Shown one piece after another: positions 9,341 through 18,275 of a stretch of 64,000 bases of DNA; within the stretch, counting starts at the first letter, position 1, and each line of letters starts with the position of its first letter. Location: NCBI GenBank assembly GCA_014192425.1, contig BJHK01000011.1:73670-137669 (forward strand). The letters are read 5' to 3'. The position numbers were made by a program, and so were the translations under genes. The stretch comes from Planctomycetia bacterium. GTDB taxonomy: Bacteria; Planctomycetota; Planctomycetia; Pirellulales; UBA1268. The notes beneath the pieces are model-generated. The model made no database searches. It had not been told where the DNA came from and saw nothing but the letters and a program-made list of their open reading frames with translations.

Positions 9341-10186
9341 TCACTGCGGCTGGCGGGCGAGAAGTTCCACGAGCTGGGCGAGGATCTCGGCGCGGTCCTT
9401 GCCGGCGAGCCCGAGGGCGAGTTGGGCCGTAAGCAGGCCGTAGGTGGTGCCGAGGTTGTAGCGGCTGCCACGGACCTCGTGCGCGAGATACCGCTCGCGG
9501 TCGGCGAGCCTGGCCAGGGCGGGCGAGAGCTGGCGATCACCCGTCGTGCCGAGGGCGTCGAGCAGGTCGAAGACCGCGGGCGTGAGCACGTGCATGCCGA
9601 AGAAGCAGAGGTAGTGGCCGGCCCGCAGGCCGGGCACGATCAGGTCCTGCTCGGCCTGGGTGGGCGTCGGCTTCTCGACGACCGTCTCGACCTCGTAGAT
9701 CCCGTGGCCGCCAGCCACCCGTCGGCCGCCGATCGTGCCGAAGTAGGGGAGCATGCTTTCGCGTGTGGCCTGCACGGCGGACACGGAGCAGTTCTCCGCC
9801 TCGGCCACGGCCACGAGCTGCCGAGCGCAGCGGCGGGGAGGCATGCCGTCGTCGTCGCTAACGTAGAGGTGATCGCCCACGAGGTGTAGCACCGGCTCGT
9901 CGGCGGCGAATGCACGGCCACAGCGGATCGCATGGCCGTAGCCGAGCGGCTCTGGCTGGGGAATGAGTTCGAGTCGCGACGCGCTCGTGCCGGCCGCGGT
10001 GCGAAAGGCGGCTTCGTCACCGGGGCGGACGACGATGCCCACCTCGTCGGCCCCGGCCGCCACGGCCTCCTCGACGATGATCTGCAGGGCCGTCTTGGCG
10101 ATGCCGTCGCGGTCGACGACCCGCTGGAGGGGAAGGGCGTGACCGTCTCTGCCGGCGGCGGTAATGATGGCGCGTGAGATCTTCAT
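9341..10186 (-). CDS. Sugar-1-phosphate nucleotidyltransferase (GalU/RmlA-fold, divergent)
   Basis: [53 protein letters not shown]... follows the GalU-like layout, but the G-x-G-T-R loop is replaced by [14 protein letters not shown] and VGDHLY motifs are present. Confidence 0.65.
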   Translation of the reverse strand: MKISRAIITAAGRDGHALPLQRVVDRDGIAKTALQIIVEEAVAAGADEVGIVVRPGDEAAFRTAAGTSASRLELIPQPEPLGYGHAIRCGRAFAADEPVLHLVGDHLYVSDDDGMPPRRCARQLVAVAEAENCSVSAVQATRESMLPYFGTIGGRRVAGGHGIYEVETVVEKPTPTQAEQDLIVPGLRAGHYLCFFGMHVLTPAVFDLLDALGTTGDRQLSPALARLADRERYLAHEVRGSRYNLGTTYGLLTAQLALGLAGKDRAEILAQLVELLARQPQ

Positions 10187-10489
10187 AACGAAGGCTCCAG
10201 TTTAGCGTCAGCCGGAAATGAGTCCCTGCGGCACGATCCCTGTTCAATCAGGCCCCGGCATTGCGGCTCGGAAACGCGTGATTCGTTCGAAAAAAACACC
10301 CTGTCCAGGCATGACTTATGGCAGTATCTGGCAGCCGATCGGCCGTCCATCCGATGCGATCCCGGGGGCAGATTCAGGCCCGTGCCGTGCTTGCGGAAAT
10401 GCAAGGGAGTATCGCTTGCTAGGGGGGGTACATTAGGGGAGTCGGGGTCTTCGGTGGACCCCTGTGTTGCGGCTTGGCAGGGCGGTTCG

Positions 10490-12385
10490 ATGTGTGGAAT
10501 CTGCGGGATCATCGGCGGCGATCGCCGGCAGGTGGAGCCTGCCGTGCGGGCCATGATGCGATCGATGGTCCACCGCGGGCCGGATGACGAGGGGTACGAG
10601 GAACTGCCGCTTGGCCACGGCGACGCCGGGCCGGTGGCCGGCTTCGGCTTCCGCCGACTGTCGATTCTCGATCTCTCGCCGGCCGGTCACCAGCCGATGT
10701 TCGATGAGAAGACGCGCGACTGCCTGATCTTCAACGGCGAGATCTACAACTTTCGCGCGCTGCGAGCGGAGCTGCAGTGTGCCGGCGCGGTGTTTCGGAG
10801 CACGAGCGACACGGAGGTCTTGCTGAAGGCGCTGCACACGTGGGGCGAGCGTGCCGTCGAGAAGGTCCACGGCATGTATGCCTTCGCCTTCTACCACGCC
10901 GCCTCCGGGCGGATTCTGTTGGGCCGCGACCCGCTCGGCATCAAGCCGTTGTATGTGGCCGCGCTTCCCGATCGGCTCGTCTTCGCAAGCGAGATCCGCG
11001 CCGTCCTCGCCTCCGGCCTGGTGGGCCGTGATCTGGATCTCGGCGGCATCTCCGGCATGCTGGCCTACGGCGCGGTGCAGGCGCCGCGCACGGTGTATCG
11101 CGACATCCGCTCGTTTCCCGCCGGGCACGTGCAGTGGATCGACAGCAGCGATGCTGCCGCCCCGGTCGCCGGCCCGCCCCGCCGGTTCTGGAATTTCCCG
11201 TTGGCTGCACACGCCGACGACGAACCGCGGGTCGTGCGAAAGGTCCACGACATGCTCCACGACGCCGTGCTCCGGCATCTTGTGGCGGACGTGCCGGTCG
11301 GCGTGTTCCTCTCGGCGGGCATCGACAGCACCGTCATCGCCTCGTTCGCCCGCGAATACACGCCGCAGGTCACGGCCTTCACGGTCGGTTTCGGATCCGT
11401 GCATGGCGAAGACGAAGTGGCGCTGGCCGCCGAGACGGCGCGGGCCCTGGGGGTCAAGCACGTGTCGGTCGAGCTCGATGCGGACAACATGCCGCAAAAG
11501 TGGCATGACTGGCTCGCCGGCATGGACAGCCCGAGCATCGACGGCTTCAACACGTATGTCGTCAGCAGCCGGCTGGCGGCCGAGGGGGTCGTGGTCGGCC
11601 TGTCCGGCCTCGGCGCCGACGAACTCTTCGGAGGGTACCCCACGTTCACCCGGGCCCCGCGGTGGTCGGCGCTCTTGCGCGGTCTGCGGTTCGTACCGCG
11701 GGGCCTGCGGCGGTCGGCCGTTGCGGCCGTCGGTTCGGCGGCGGGTTCCCCAGCGCTGGTCGGCAAACTTGCCGATCTCGTGGCGGGCGACACGAGCGTG
11801 GCGGGGGTGGCCCTGGCGCTGCGCCGGTCGCTATCCGATGCGCGGATCCGGGCGATGGGCCTGGCGCCCGACCGGGTGGGCCTTGCCGGCGATTACCTCG
11901 AACCGGCCGGCGCGCGGATCGGGCCGGCGCTCGACGGCGACGGGTTCAACACGGTGGCCCGGATGGAGGCCACGCACTACATGCGCGACACGCTGTTGCG
12001 CGACACCGACGCCGTCAGCATGCGGCATTCGCTCGAGGTCCGCGTGCCGTTCCTCGACCTGCCGCTGGTGGACTATGTCTCGGCGTTGCCGGGCCACGTC
12101 AAACGCGGGCAGGCCTCGAAGGCGCTGCTGCGGAAGGCCGGCGGCGGGGTGCTCTCCAGCCGGATCATGCGCAGGCCGAAGACGGGGTTCACGCTTCCGA
12201 TCGGCGAGTGGATGCGAGGGCCGATGCGGGAGCCGTGCGACGCGGCGATCAGCACGCTCGCCGGGCAGTCGTTCATCGACGGGGCGGAGGTGCGGCGGAC
12301 GTGGCAGGCATTCGTCGCCGATGAGCGGGCGATGCACTGGTCACGGCCGCTCTCGCTGGTCGTGCTGGGCACCTGCCTCGGATAG
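10490..12385 (+). CDS. Asparagine synthase family amidotransferase (glutamine-hydrolysing, AsnB/WbpS-like)
   Basis: Start set at MCGICGIIGG (N-terminal nucleophile Cys2, ATG at 10490). Class-II GATase region has RGPDDEG and IFNGEIYNF. The synthetase domain has the PP-loop VGVFLSAGIDST. Confidence 0.9.
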   Translation: MCGICGIIGGDRRQVEPAVRAMMRSMVHRGPDDEGYEELPLGHGDAGPVAGFGFRRLSILDLSPAGHQPMFDEKTRDCLIFNGEIYNFRALRAELQCAGAVFRSTSDTEVLLKALHTWGERAVEKVHGMYAFAFYHAASGRILLGRDPLGIKPLYVAALPDRLVFASEIRAVLASGLVGRDLDLGGISGMLAYGAVQAPRTVYRDIRSFPAGHVQWIDSSDAAAPVAGPPRRFWNFPLAAHADDEPRVVRKVHDMLHDAVLRHLVADVPVGVFLSAGIDSTVIASFAREYTPQVTAFTVGFGSVHGEDEVALAAETARALGVKHVSVELDADNMPQKWHDWLAGMDSPSIDGFNTYVVSSRLAAEGVVVGLSGLGADELFGGYPTFTRAPRWSALLRGLRFVPRGLRRSAVAAVGSAAGSPALVGKLADLVAGDTSVAGVALALRRSLSDARIRAMGLAPDRVGLAGDYLEPAGARIGPALDGDGFNTVARMEATHYMRDTLLRDTDAVSMRHSLEVRVPFLDLPLVDYVSALPGHVKRGQASKALLRKAGGGVLSSRIMRRPKTGFTLPIGEWMRGPMREPCDAAISTLAGQSFIDGAEVRRTWQAFVADERAMHWSRPLSLVVLGTCLG

Positions 12386-13303
12386 CGAGCCGGGCGTGAG
12401 GAATGCGGCCTCGAACGCCTCGGCCAGGCGGTCGACGGTGGCCTGGCGATCGGCAGCAGAGACGCCGACGAATCGCACGGCAGGCGTGTTGTTGGCATCG
12501 AAGACGTAGAGGCGGCCATCGGCATCGTCGCGCATCGCGTCGAGTTCGCCGAAGTCGATTCCCAGGGCATGGGAAAAGCGGAGCAGCGTGTCGAGCTCCG
12601 CCGCGGTCAGCACGGAACCGTGCTCTACGATCGTGCCGCGAAGCGACAGCGCGAGCGGATCGTCGGCCCGCTTGTCCTTGAGATACACGAAAGGAACTCG
12701 GCAGCCGACGACCGGCACGCGGATTTCCTCGACCACGTCGCCGGTGCGTCTCCCCCGGACAACCCGCTGGTAGACGCGTCCCGGGGCCACGGTCGCCAGT
12801 GGCCCCTCCAGGATTCGGCCGTCGTGGAGCGCGTTGAGATCGGATTTGTCGAGGAGCGGCCCGGTCGTGGTGAGCGGATCGACCCCGAGCCCGTAGCCGA
12901 AGACCTCGCGCATCACGGCATCGACCCGTGTCTTGCTGATGTCATTGCCGTGGAGATTGATGACATGCCGAGCCTGCGCGATCTCCTCGAGGACGGCGTC
13001 CGGCGGCCGTCGAGTGGTGTCGTTCCAGTGCATGGCGGCGGAGAACCTGGCTCGCGGGTCGGTCGTGAGATGGAGGCCCAGCCGGCAGGCAATCAGCGTG
13101 ATGGTGTAGTCGTCCTCGATGTGGGGGCGGAAGGGATGGAGGAACAGCGTGTCGGGCTGGCCGCCGGCTTTTCGGGCGGCGTGCCGCCGCATCTGCACCG
13201 CCTTGCGTGAGATGGCGAGCGGGAGCCGCATCGCGACGCGACGGGCGCGCAGCACGGGCGGTGGCAGGAACCTGCGGCATGCATTGCGAAACGCATCCCG
13301 CAT
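12341..13303 (-). CDS. ATP-grasp-like protein (function unknown)
   Basis: C-terminal ALGIDFGELDAMRDDADGRLYVFDANNTPA resembles the Mg-ATP binding strand pair of ATP-grasp enzymes (GLDFGGVD....G..YVLEVN..P). The rest gave no assignable motif. The 3' end overlaps asnB-like by 45 nt, convergently. Confidence 0.45.
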   Translation of the reverse strand: MRDAFRNACRRFLPPPVLRARRVAMRLPLAISRKAVQMRRHAARKAGGQPDTLFLHPFRPHIEDDYTITLIACRLGLHLTTDPRARFSAAMHWNDTTRRPPDAVLEEIAQARHVINLHGNDISKTRVDAVMREVFGYGLGVDPLTTTGPLLDKSDLNALHDGRILEGPLATVAPGRVYQRVVRGRRTGDVVEEIRVPVVGCRVPFVYLKDKRADDPLALSLRGTIVEHGSVLTAAELDTLLRFSHALGIDFGELDAMRDDADGRLYVFDANNTPAVRFVGVSAADRQATVDRLAEAFEAAFLTPGSLSEAGAQHDQRERP

Positions 13304-13306
13304 CGG

Positions 13307-14464
13307 TCAGCCCCGGTGCGGCGCGGTGACAAGCGGCAGGCCCCCCCGGCCACCGAGCCGGTCGTGCAGGAACCGGCAGACAAGCGCGTCCTGGACGGCA
13401 GCGCCGGTCGAGATGAACACGGCCGGCGTCGTCACGGGTGTGCCCCGAGCGGCGGCCGCCAACAGATGGGGAAGCATGATGAGGTCGGCGGGACGGATGA
13501 GGCCAGCCTCGTGCCAGCGTTTGAGGTCGCCGAAGGCGATGTTCTGCTGCGACTCGCTCACGAGCATCCGGCCGTCGAGCACATCGGCGTCGAGTTCCGA
13601 GAGGTTGTCAGCATCGGCGCCGACGCTGGCGATGAACGGCATGTGTTGGTCGAGCCGCCCGTCAATGAGCGGCTGCTGTGATGTCGTGGCAAGAAACAGC
13701 GCCTGGCTGTCGCGCCGCACGAAGTCGAGGGTGGCGATCCGTACCCGGCCGCCGTACCAGCCCGCGAGGGCGGCAAGAAAATCCTCGCCGCGTCGTTCAT
13801 CGAGATCGTGGACGACGAGGTGCTCGATTCCAAGCCATTCGCGGAGGATCACGGCCGTGTAAAAGCCGACGCGGCCGGCGCCGACGATGCCGGCGCCATG
13901 GTCGCGGCGGTGCCCGCAATACTTGTAGGCCAGCACACTGATCGCGGCGGTACGAAACGACGACAAGGCCGCCACGTCGAAGATCGCCTCGACAAAGTGG
14001 TCGGTTGGATGCAGCAAAAGAGCCTTGCCGACGGAGATCTTGTCGGCGACGACACGTTCCTCCTCGTTGGTGCCGATGACCTTCACGGCGTCGATGCCGG
14101 CGTCGGCGCCGTCGGCTGCCGGCCAGACGCGATCGATCGCGCAGGGCATGACCCGCCAGTCGCCGCGAACACCTGTCCGCTGGAAGAGGTGCTTCGGCGG
14201 CTGTCTGACTGCCGACTCGTCCTCGGACCAGGCGCGATAAAAGCGTTCCAGGGCGTCCATGAACGGGCAGAGGCTGTCCATGAGGGCTGCATGCACCGTC
14301 TGTTCCGGGTAGTGAACGCATGGCTCATTCGGCAGCCGCAGCAGTCGCGAGACGAGATCCGTTTGCTGCCTGCTGGCGGAGTGATCCCAAAGCATGCGTG
14401 TCGATCGTCGTGATGCGATTCTTCTGATCCTTATGACGGAACGGCTGCGGAAGCCAGCAACCAC
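13307..14464 (-). CDS. Ornithine cyclodeaminase / mu-crystallin family protein
   Basis: VKVIGTNEEE...LSSFRTAAISVLAYKY and the Rossmann GIVGAGRVGFYTAVIL match the OCD/mu-crystallin pattern. The start is uncertain; an alternative is M24 at 14395. Confidence 0.6.
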   Translation of the reverse strand: MVAGFRSRSVIRIRRIASRRSTRMLWDHSASRQQTDLVSRLLRLPNEPCVHYPEQTVHAALMDSLCPFMDALERFYRAWSEDESAVRQPPKHLFQRTGVRGDWRVMPCAIDRVWPAADGADAGIDAVKVIGTNEEERVVADKISVGKALLLHPTDHFVEAIFDVAALSSFRTAAISVLAYKYCGHRRDHGAGIVGAGRVGFYTAVILREWLGIEHLVVHDLDERRGEDFLAALAGWYGGRVRIATLDFVRRDSQALFLATTSQQPLIDGRLDQHMPFIASVGADADNLSELDADVLDGRMLVSESQQNIAFGDLKRWHEAGLIRPADLIMLPHLLAAAARGTPVTTPAVFISTGAAVQDALVCRFLHDRLGGRGGLPLVTAPHRG

Positions 14465-14472
14465 GTTATCGA

Positions 14473-16332
14473 TCAGGGCCGCGCTGGAGCGGTTTCCGGT
14501 ATACCGGGACAGGTGGGATTGAGCCGTCGTGCCCTTCTGCCCCAGTCGTCCGAGTCGTTCAGGGACTGCTCTTTTGCGGCTGCGTCGGTTACGAGCGTGG
14601 CAAGACGCAGATACGCCTGACTGAGCAGGACTGCAAGCGTTGCATTGGCAGGATCGCGGTCAGCAGCCTTCCTGGTCGCGGCGATGGCCTGTGCGAGACG
14701 GTCCCGAAGCAATTGTTGGCCCGCTTCCTTGTCGACGCGGACTGCGATCAACGTCTGCCCCAAGTTGCGCTTCGCGCGTTCCGACAGGTAATCCCGGGCA
14801 AGGACTCCAAATGCTCCCAGCACGGCGGCCAGCAGCAGGAGGCGGCTGACGGTCCCCGCCCATGGCCAAGGGGCCCGAGCCTGGCGGGTGCCTTGCCCGG
14901 CTGGCGCACTGGAAATGCACAGTCCAAGAATGACACACCACAAACAAGCGTTCGCAGGAAGATACAGGTTCCAGTCAAATGCGGAATGAATCGTGATGCC
15001 CGCGAGCGCTGCCCAGCAGCCTGAATTCAGCTCGCGATACTCTGCCCCGGCATCCTTGTCGAACCGCCGGAAACGCCTGGCCACGAGTACGGCTAGGGCC
15101 GCGATCGCCACGCCGCCTACGAGGCCCGTTTCGGCTAACATTTGCATGTAGTCGTTGTGCGCGAAGTAAAGCCGCGTGTGGCTTGAGTGAAAGCGGGGAA
15201 ACATCTGCTCGAATGATGTTAGGCCAGTTCCCAGCCAAGGTGATGCTCGAAACATGCGCAGGGAGACTTGCGCGGCGACTGCCCGGCCATCGCTCAGAAA
15301 CTGCAACATCACTTTCTGCCACTCTGGCGCGAGCACGGGGAGAATCCAGTGCCAGGCCCCGAGCATGAACGCCAGCAATGCTCCGATCAGCATGGCGTAG
15401 GCCGTCGTGATCAAACCCATGAAAATCTTCCACTGCCGCGACGCGGTGTTCAGGTAGACGAGAGTCAGGGCTGAAAAGCAGAGGGCGCCCGCCCCGGCCC
15501 GGGACTGCGCCATCACGGCTACGACCCACAAAGCCCCACCAAACATTCCGGCTGCGATTCCCCAGCGAACGGCTGCGTGTAGCCTTTTTCGCGTGCCCGA
15601 CAACCAGAGGGCGATCGCTACGGGCAGCGTGAGGATCGTGCCTCCGGCAAAATGGTTGCTGTAGCGGTAACTGCCGAACCCATCGCCAACTCCCCGGTTC
15701 TCCAAAATGTAGCGGCGATCGTCGACCTTGAGTTCCTCGGGCCAGCCAAGCCCCGCTGTTTGCTCGGTCAACAACGTCGGATCCTGCGTTTTGTGGGAGG
15801 GCCCGGAGATGTCGAACACTCCAAGCATGAGCTGTGTTTGCCGGGCACTGCCGAAGCACAGGCCAAGCCCGACGATCACGATGGCCGATGCCGCCAGGCC
15901 GGCGAGCAGGGTGAAACGGTGCGACCGATAGCGTCCGAGATCGACGATCATCGCGAGGGTGGCTGCGAGCAAAAGAATGCGGCTCGTGGCAGCGAGGGAG
16001 GCAGCGGGATGCACCGAGATGGTGCCCCAATTCGACGGGTTATCCGCGTCGGCGATTTTCCACGCGCCTGCAGAAACTGGCGCTATGTTCACCAGGATGC
16101 GATCCGGGATTGGAATTTGCTGGATCAGCAGAGCGGCAAATACACATAGCGGAACCCACGGCAGCCGGGAATGGGAAGGCCTGGCGTACAGCCAGAGGCA
16201 GACGGCCACTCCAATCGCCGTCTCCAGTCCGAATCGAGCTTCCGCGCTCGAGCAGCCTAGCGCGAGTGGGGCGAGGACGACGGTTGCCGCAACAATCGCA
16301 GTGGCAAGGCGATTGGAAATGGGGTGGAGCAT
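14473..16332 (-). CDS. O-antigen ligase/polymerase family (Wzy_C) membrane protein with C-terminal TPR-like tail
   Basis: At least 10 hydrophobic helices. The hallmark YFAHNDYMQMLAETGLVGGVAIAAL is present. The last ~110 aa are soluble and helical-repeat-like (DPANATLAVLLSQAYLRLA...). Confidence 0.8.
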   Translation of the reverse strand: MLHPISNRLATAIVAATVVLAPLALGCSSAEARFGLETAIGVAVCLWLYARPSHSRLPWVPLCVFAALLIQQIPIPDRILVNIAPVSAGAWKIADADNPSNWGTISVHPAASLAATSRILLLAATLAMIVDLGRYRSHRFTLLAGLAASAIVIVGLGLCFGSARQTQLMLGVFDISGPSHKTQDPTLLTEQTAGLGWPEELKVDDRRYILENRGVGDGFGSYRYSNHFAGGTILTLPVAIALWLSGTRKRLHAAVRWGIAAGMFGGALWVVAVMAQSRAGAGALCFSALTLVYLNTASRQWKIFMGLITTAYAMLIGALLAFMLGAWHWILPVLAPEWQKVMLQFLSDGRAVAAQVSLRMFRASPWLGTGLTSFEQMFPRFHSSHTRLYFAHNDYMQMLAETGLVGGVAIAALAVLVARRFRRFDKDAGAEYRELNSGCWAALAGITIHSAFDWNLYLPANACLWCVILGLCISSAPAGQGTRQARAPWPWAGTVSRLLLLAAVLGAFGVLARDYLSERAKRNLGQTLIAVRVDKEAGQQLLRDRLAQAIAATRKAADRDPANATLAVLLSQAYLRLATLVTDAAAKEQSLNDSDDWGRRARRLNPTCPGIPETAPARP

Positions 16333-16340
16333 CGGAGGTG

Positions 16341-16784
16341 CTATTGGAGATGCTGCTGGCGGTGCTCTGGCTTGCGCGCTACGACGAGCATGCTTTTTGC
16401 GAGTTGAGGAATGCGACCAACCCGATAAACGCGTGCTACCTGTAGCCCAGCCTCCTTGAGAAGCGTCGTGAGTGTATGGGGGGACCAGAATTTTATGTGC
16501 CCGTGATCCCAGAGAACTGTAAAGTGCTTATCCATTCCACCGGCCAACGCTATCGCAAGGTTTTTAAGATACCCGTGGTAAGGCGTGGATATCAGTGCAT
16601 ATCCGTTTGGCGACAAGAGGTCGTAGACACAACTGGCGTAGGCGCGGGGTGCGTACACGTGCTCAACCACCTCAAGGCTGACTACAAGAGGAAAAGTACC
16701 GAAAGACTCGTGCAAAGGATCGTATGCGGAACCAACTCTAAGATTGGTCCATCCGGGATCTTCATGGGTAGCGCCGTAAACCAC
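16341..16784 (-). pseudogene. 5'-truncated class I SAM-dependent methyltransferase
   Basis: The ORF retains only post-motif-II parts (FPLVVSLEVVEHVYAP, LLSPNGYALISTP, HIKFWSPHTLTTLLKEAGL). The SAM-binding motif I (xLDxGCGxG) is missing. The reading frame runs straight into the ISL3 remnant. Confidence 0.65.
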
Positions 16785-17028
16785 CGCAGTAGAAGTAGAT
16801 CACGTTCGTGAAGTTCTCGACGTTCCGGTAGTCTCCGGCCCGATGCTTGATGGCCATGATCTTGCCGTTGCGACCCTCGGCGACCGCGTTGGTGTTCGGC
16901 ACTCCAGTCGGGCCAAGTCCTCCTTCCGTGCCGAACACCACCGCTTCTTCGGTCCCCATCATCCTGTGGTTCTCCATCTCGTATCCTACTGGCCCTCTAC
17001 TGTAATTAAGTAAGGGTAGGTGTTTCAC
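16762..17028 (-). mobile_element. ISL3-family transposase C-terminal remnant
   Basis: GVPNTNAVAEGRNGKIMAIKHRAGDYRNVENFTNVIYFYCGGL parallels the C-terminus of the neighbouring ISL3 transposase (ITNATSEGFNSVIQALKYAARGFRSFENYRTRILFFCGKADL). Only about 45 codons look homologous; the rest of the ORF is doubtful. Confidence 0.5.
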
Positions 17029-17171
17029 CTATCATTGGCACAGAGGGTCAAGCCAAGAACCTGCTGGTATAGCTCCGTGTCAAACACGCCCCTTGCCCTC
17101 AGGGGCAAGCCGCTTTCTCCTCAACGGAGCTACCCAAACAAATCCCCGATGGACCAATAATCCCACAAACG

Positions 17172-18257
17172 TTACCTTTGCCCGTAGAATGGCATCACCC
17201 TGTCCCTGAGTGCAAGAGCCGGCCTCTCTGAAAGATACGCCATAAGAAGACCAACCGCAAAGGATACCACGACGTAGGCCAGCAGTTCCCCACTCCAGCC
17301 CAAGTCAAGCACTGATTGCTGGCGCAGGAAACTAAATAGTCGTTTAACGGGCATGTGCCAGAGGTACGTCGTGTAGGAAAGAGCCCCAAGGCCCGCGAGT
17401 ATACTAACAATGCCCTGGTTACACAACCACTTTTCGTTGTTCAGAGCGAACACAAGGATAATACCAAATCCTAAATAATTGAGCGTGAAGCCGGCTGTCG
17501 AGTAAAAAGAAGATTCCGGCTCAAACCAGAAAAGCGGCGCGAGCATGGCAGCGGCAACCGAAAGCCATCGGGGACTCACTCGCATGAATATGGCCGGGCG
17601 AAATTCACGAATCCACGCCAATAGGACGCCCGCAGCTAAGGAGTCCATGCGAAGGTGAGTTGCCGAGATGTTTATACTTCCAAATGCGAGAAACGTCACT
17701 ACGCGACCAGCAAGGCAGAGTAGGAATACCGAAAACGCTATTGCGGGCAAGACGGCTAACGCCCGCCTCGCACTCAGATATAGTACAGTAACACCAATAA
17801 GAAGATAAAAATGTTCTTCGATAGCAAGGCTCCACGTGTGATTGAATATCCTCCACAAATAGTTCTGAAAAAATAATAGTTCGCAAAGCAAGCCACGCCA
17901 AGAAAAGCGGGTGCCAATAAGTTTTTCAACTGGCGCATAAAAAACAACAAGTGCAAGAAAAGCAGGGTAGATCTTAAGGCTTCGACGAACATAAAACCGT
18001 CGCAGATTTACGCCATCATTTCTGCGCGCCTCCGAGAGTAGTAAACCTCCGATTAAAAATCCGCTAAGCACGAAAAAAAGATCGACTCCAGCCCACCCGG
18101 CTGAGCAAATGCGATTGATTACTGGATTCGGGTGTTCTGGTGTCATGTGGCGTAGAAGTACCATGGTGACAGCGACAAAGCGAAGCAAGTCAAGCGACTT
18201 GAGCCGACTCCCCCGAAGCAATTCACTGCATGCCGGCTTGTTTGCGGTTGTCGTCAC
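17172..18257 (-). CDS. Acyltransferase family 3 (polysaccharide O-acetyltransferase, OafA/WecH-like)
   Basis: 361 aa with about 10 TM helices. Motifs LDLLRFVAVTMVLLRHM and GVDLFFVLSGFLIG are present. The start codon is GTG (18255-18257). The gene is visibly AT-richer than its surroundings (29/60 G+C in 17881-17940). Confidence 0.85.
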   Translation of the reverse strand: MTTTANKPACSELLRGSRLKSLDLLRFVAVTMVLLRHMTPEHPNPVINRICSAGWAGVDLFFVLSGFLIGGLLLSEARRNDGVNLRRFYVRRSLKIYPAFLALVVFYAPVEKLIGTRFSWRGLLCELLFFQNYLWRIFNHTWSLAIEEHFYLLIGVTVLYLSARRALAVLPAIAFSVFLLCLAGRVVTFLAFGSINISATHLRMDSLAAGVLLAWIREFRPAIFMRVSPRWLSVAAAMLAPLFWFEPESSFYSTAGFTLNYLGFGIILVFALNNEKWLCNQGIVSILAGLGALSYTTYLWHMPVKRLFSFLRQQSVLDLGWSGELLAYVVVSFAVGLLMAYLSERPALALRDRVMPFYGQR

Positions 18258-18275
18258 TCATATGTCCTTGTAATC

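Noticed and set aside
8695-9540. 281-aa ORF
   Set aside because: Only its last 71 codons (DUF2283-like) are credible. The upstream part overlaps the DUF4258-like ORF and the 3' end of the nucleotidyltransferase gene, in other frames.
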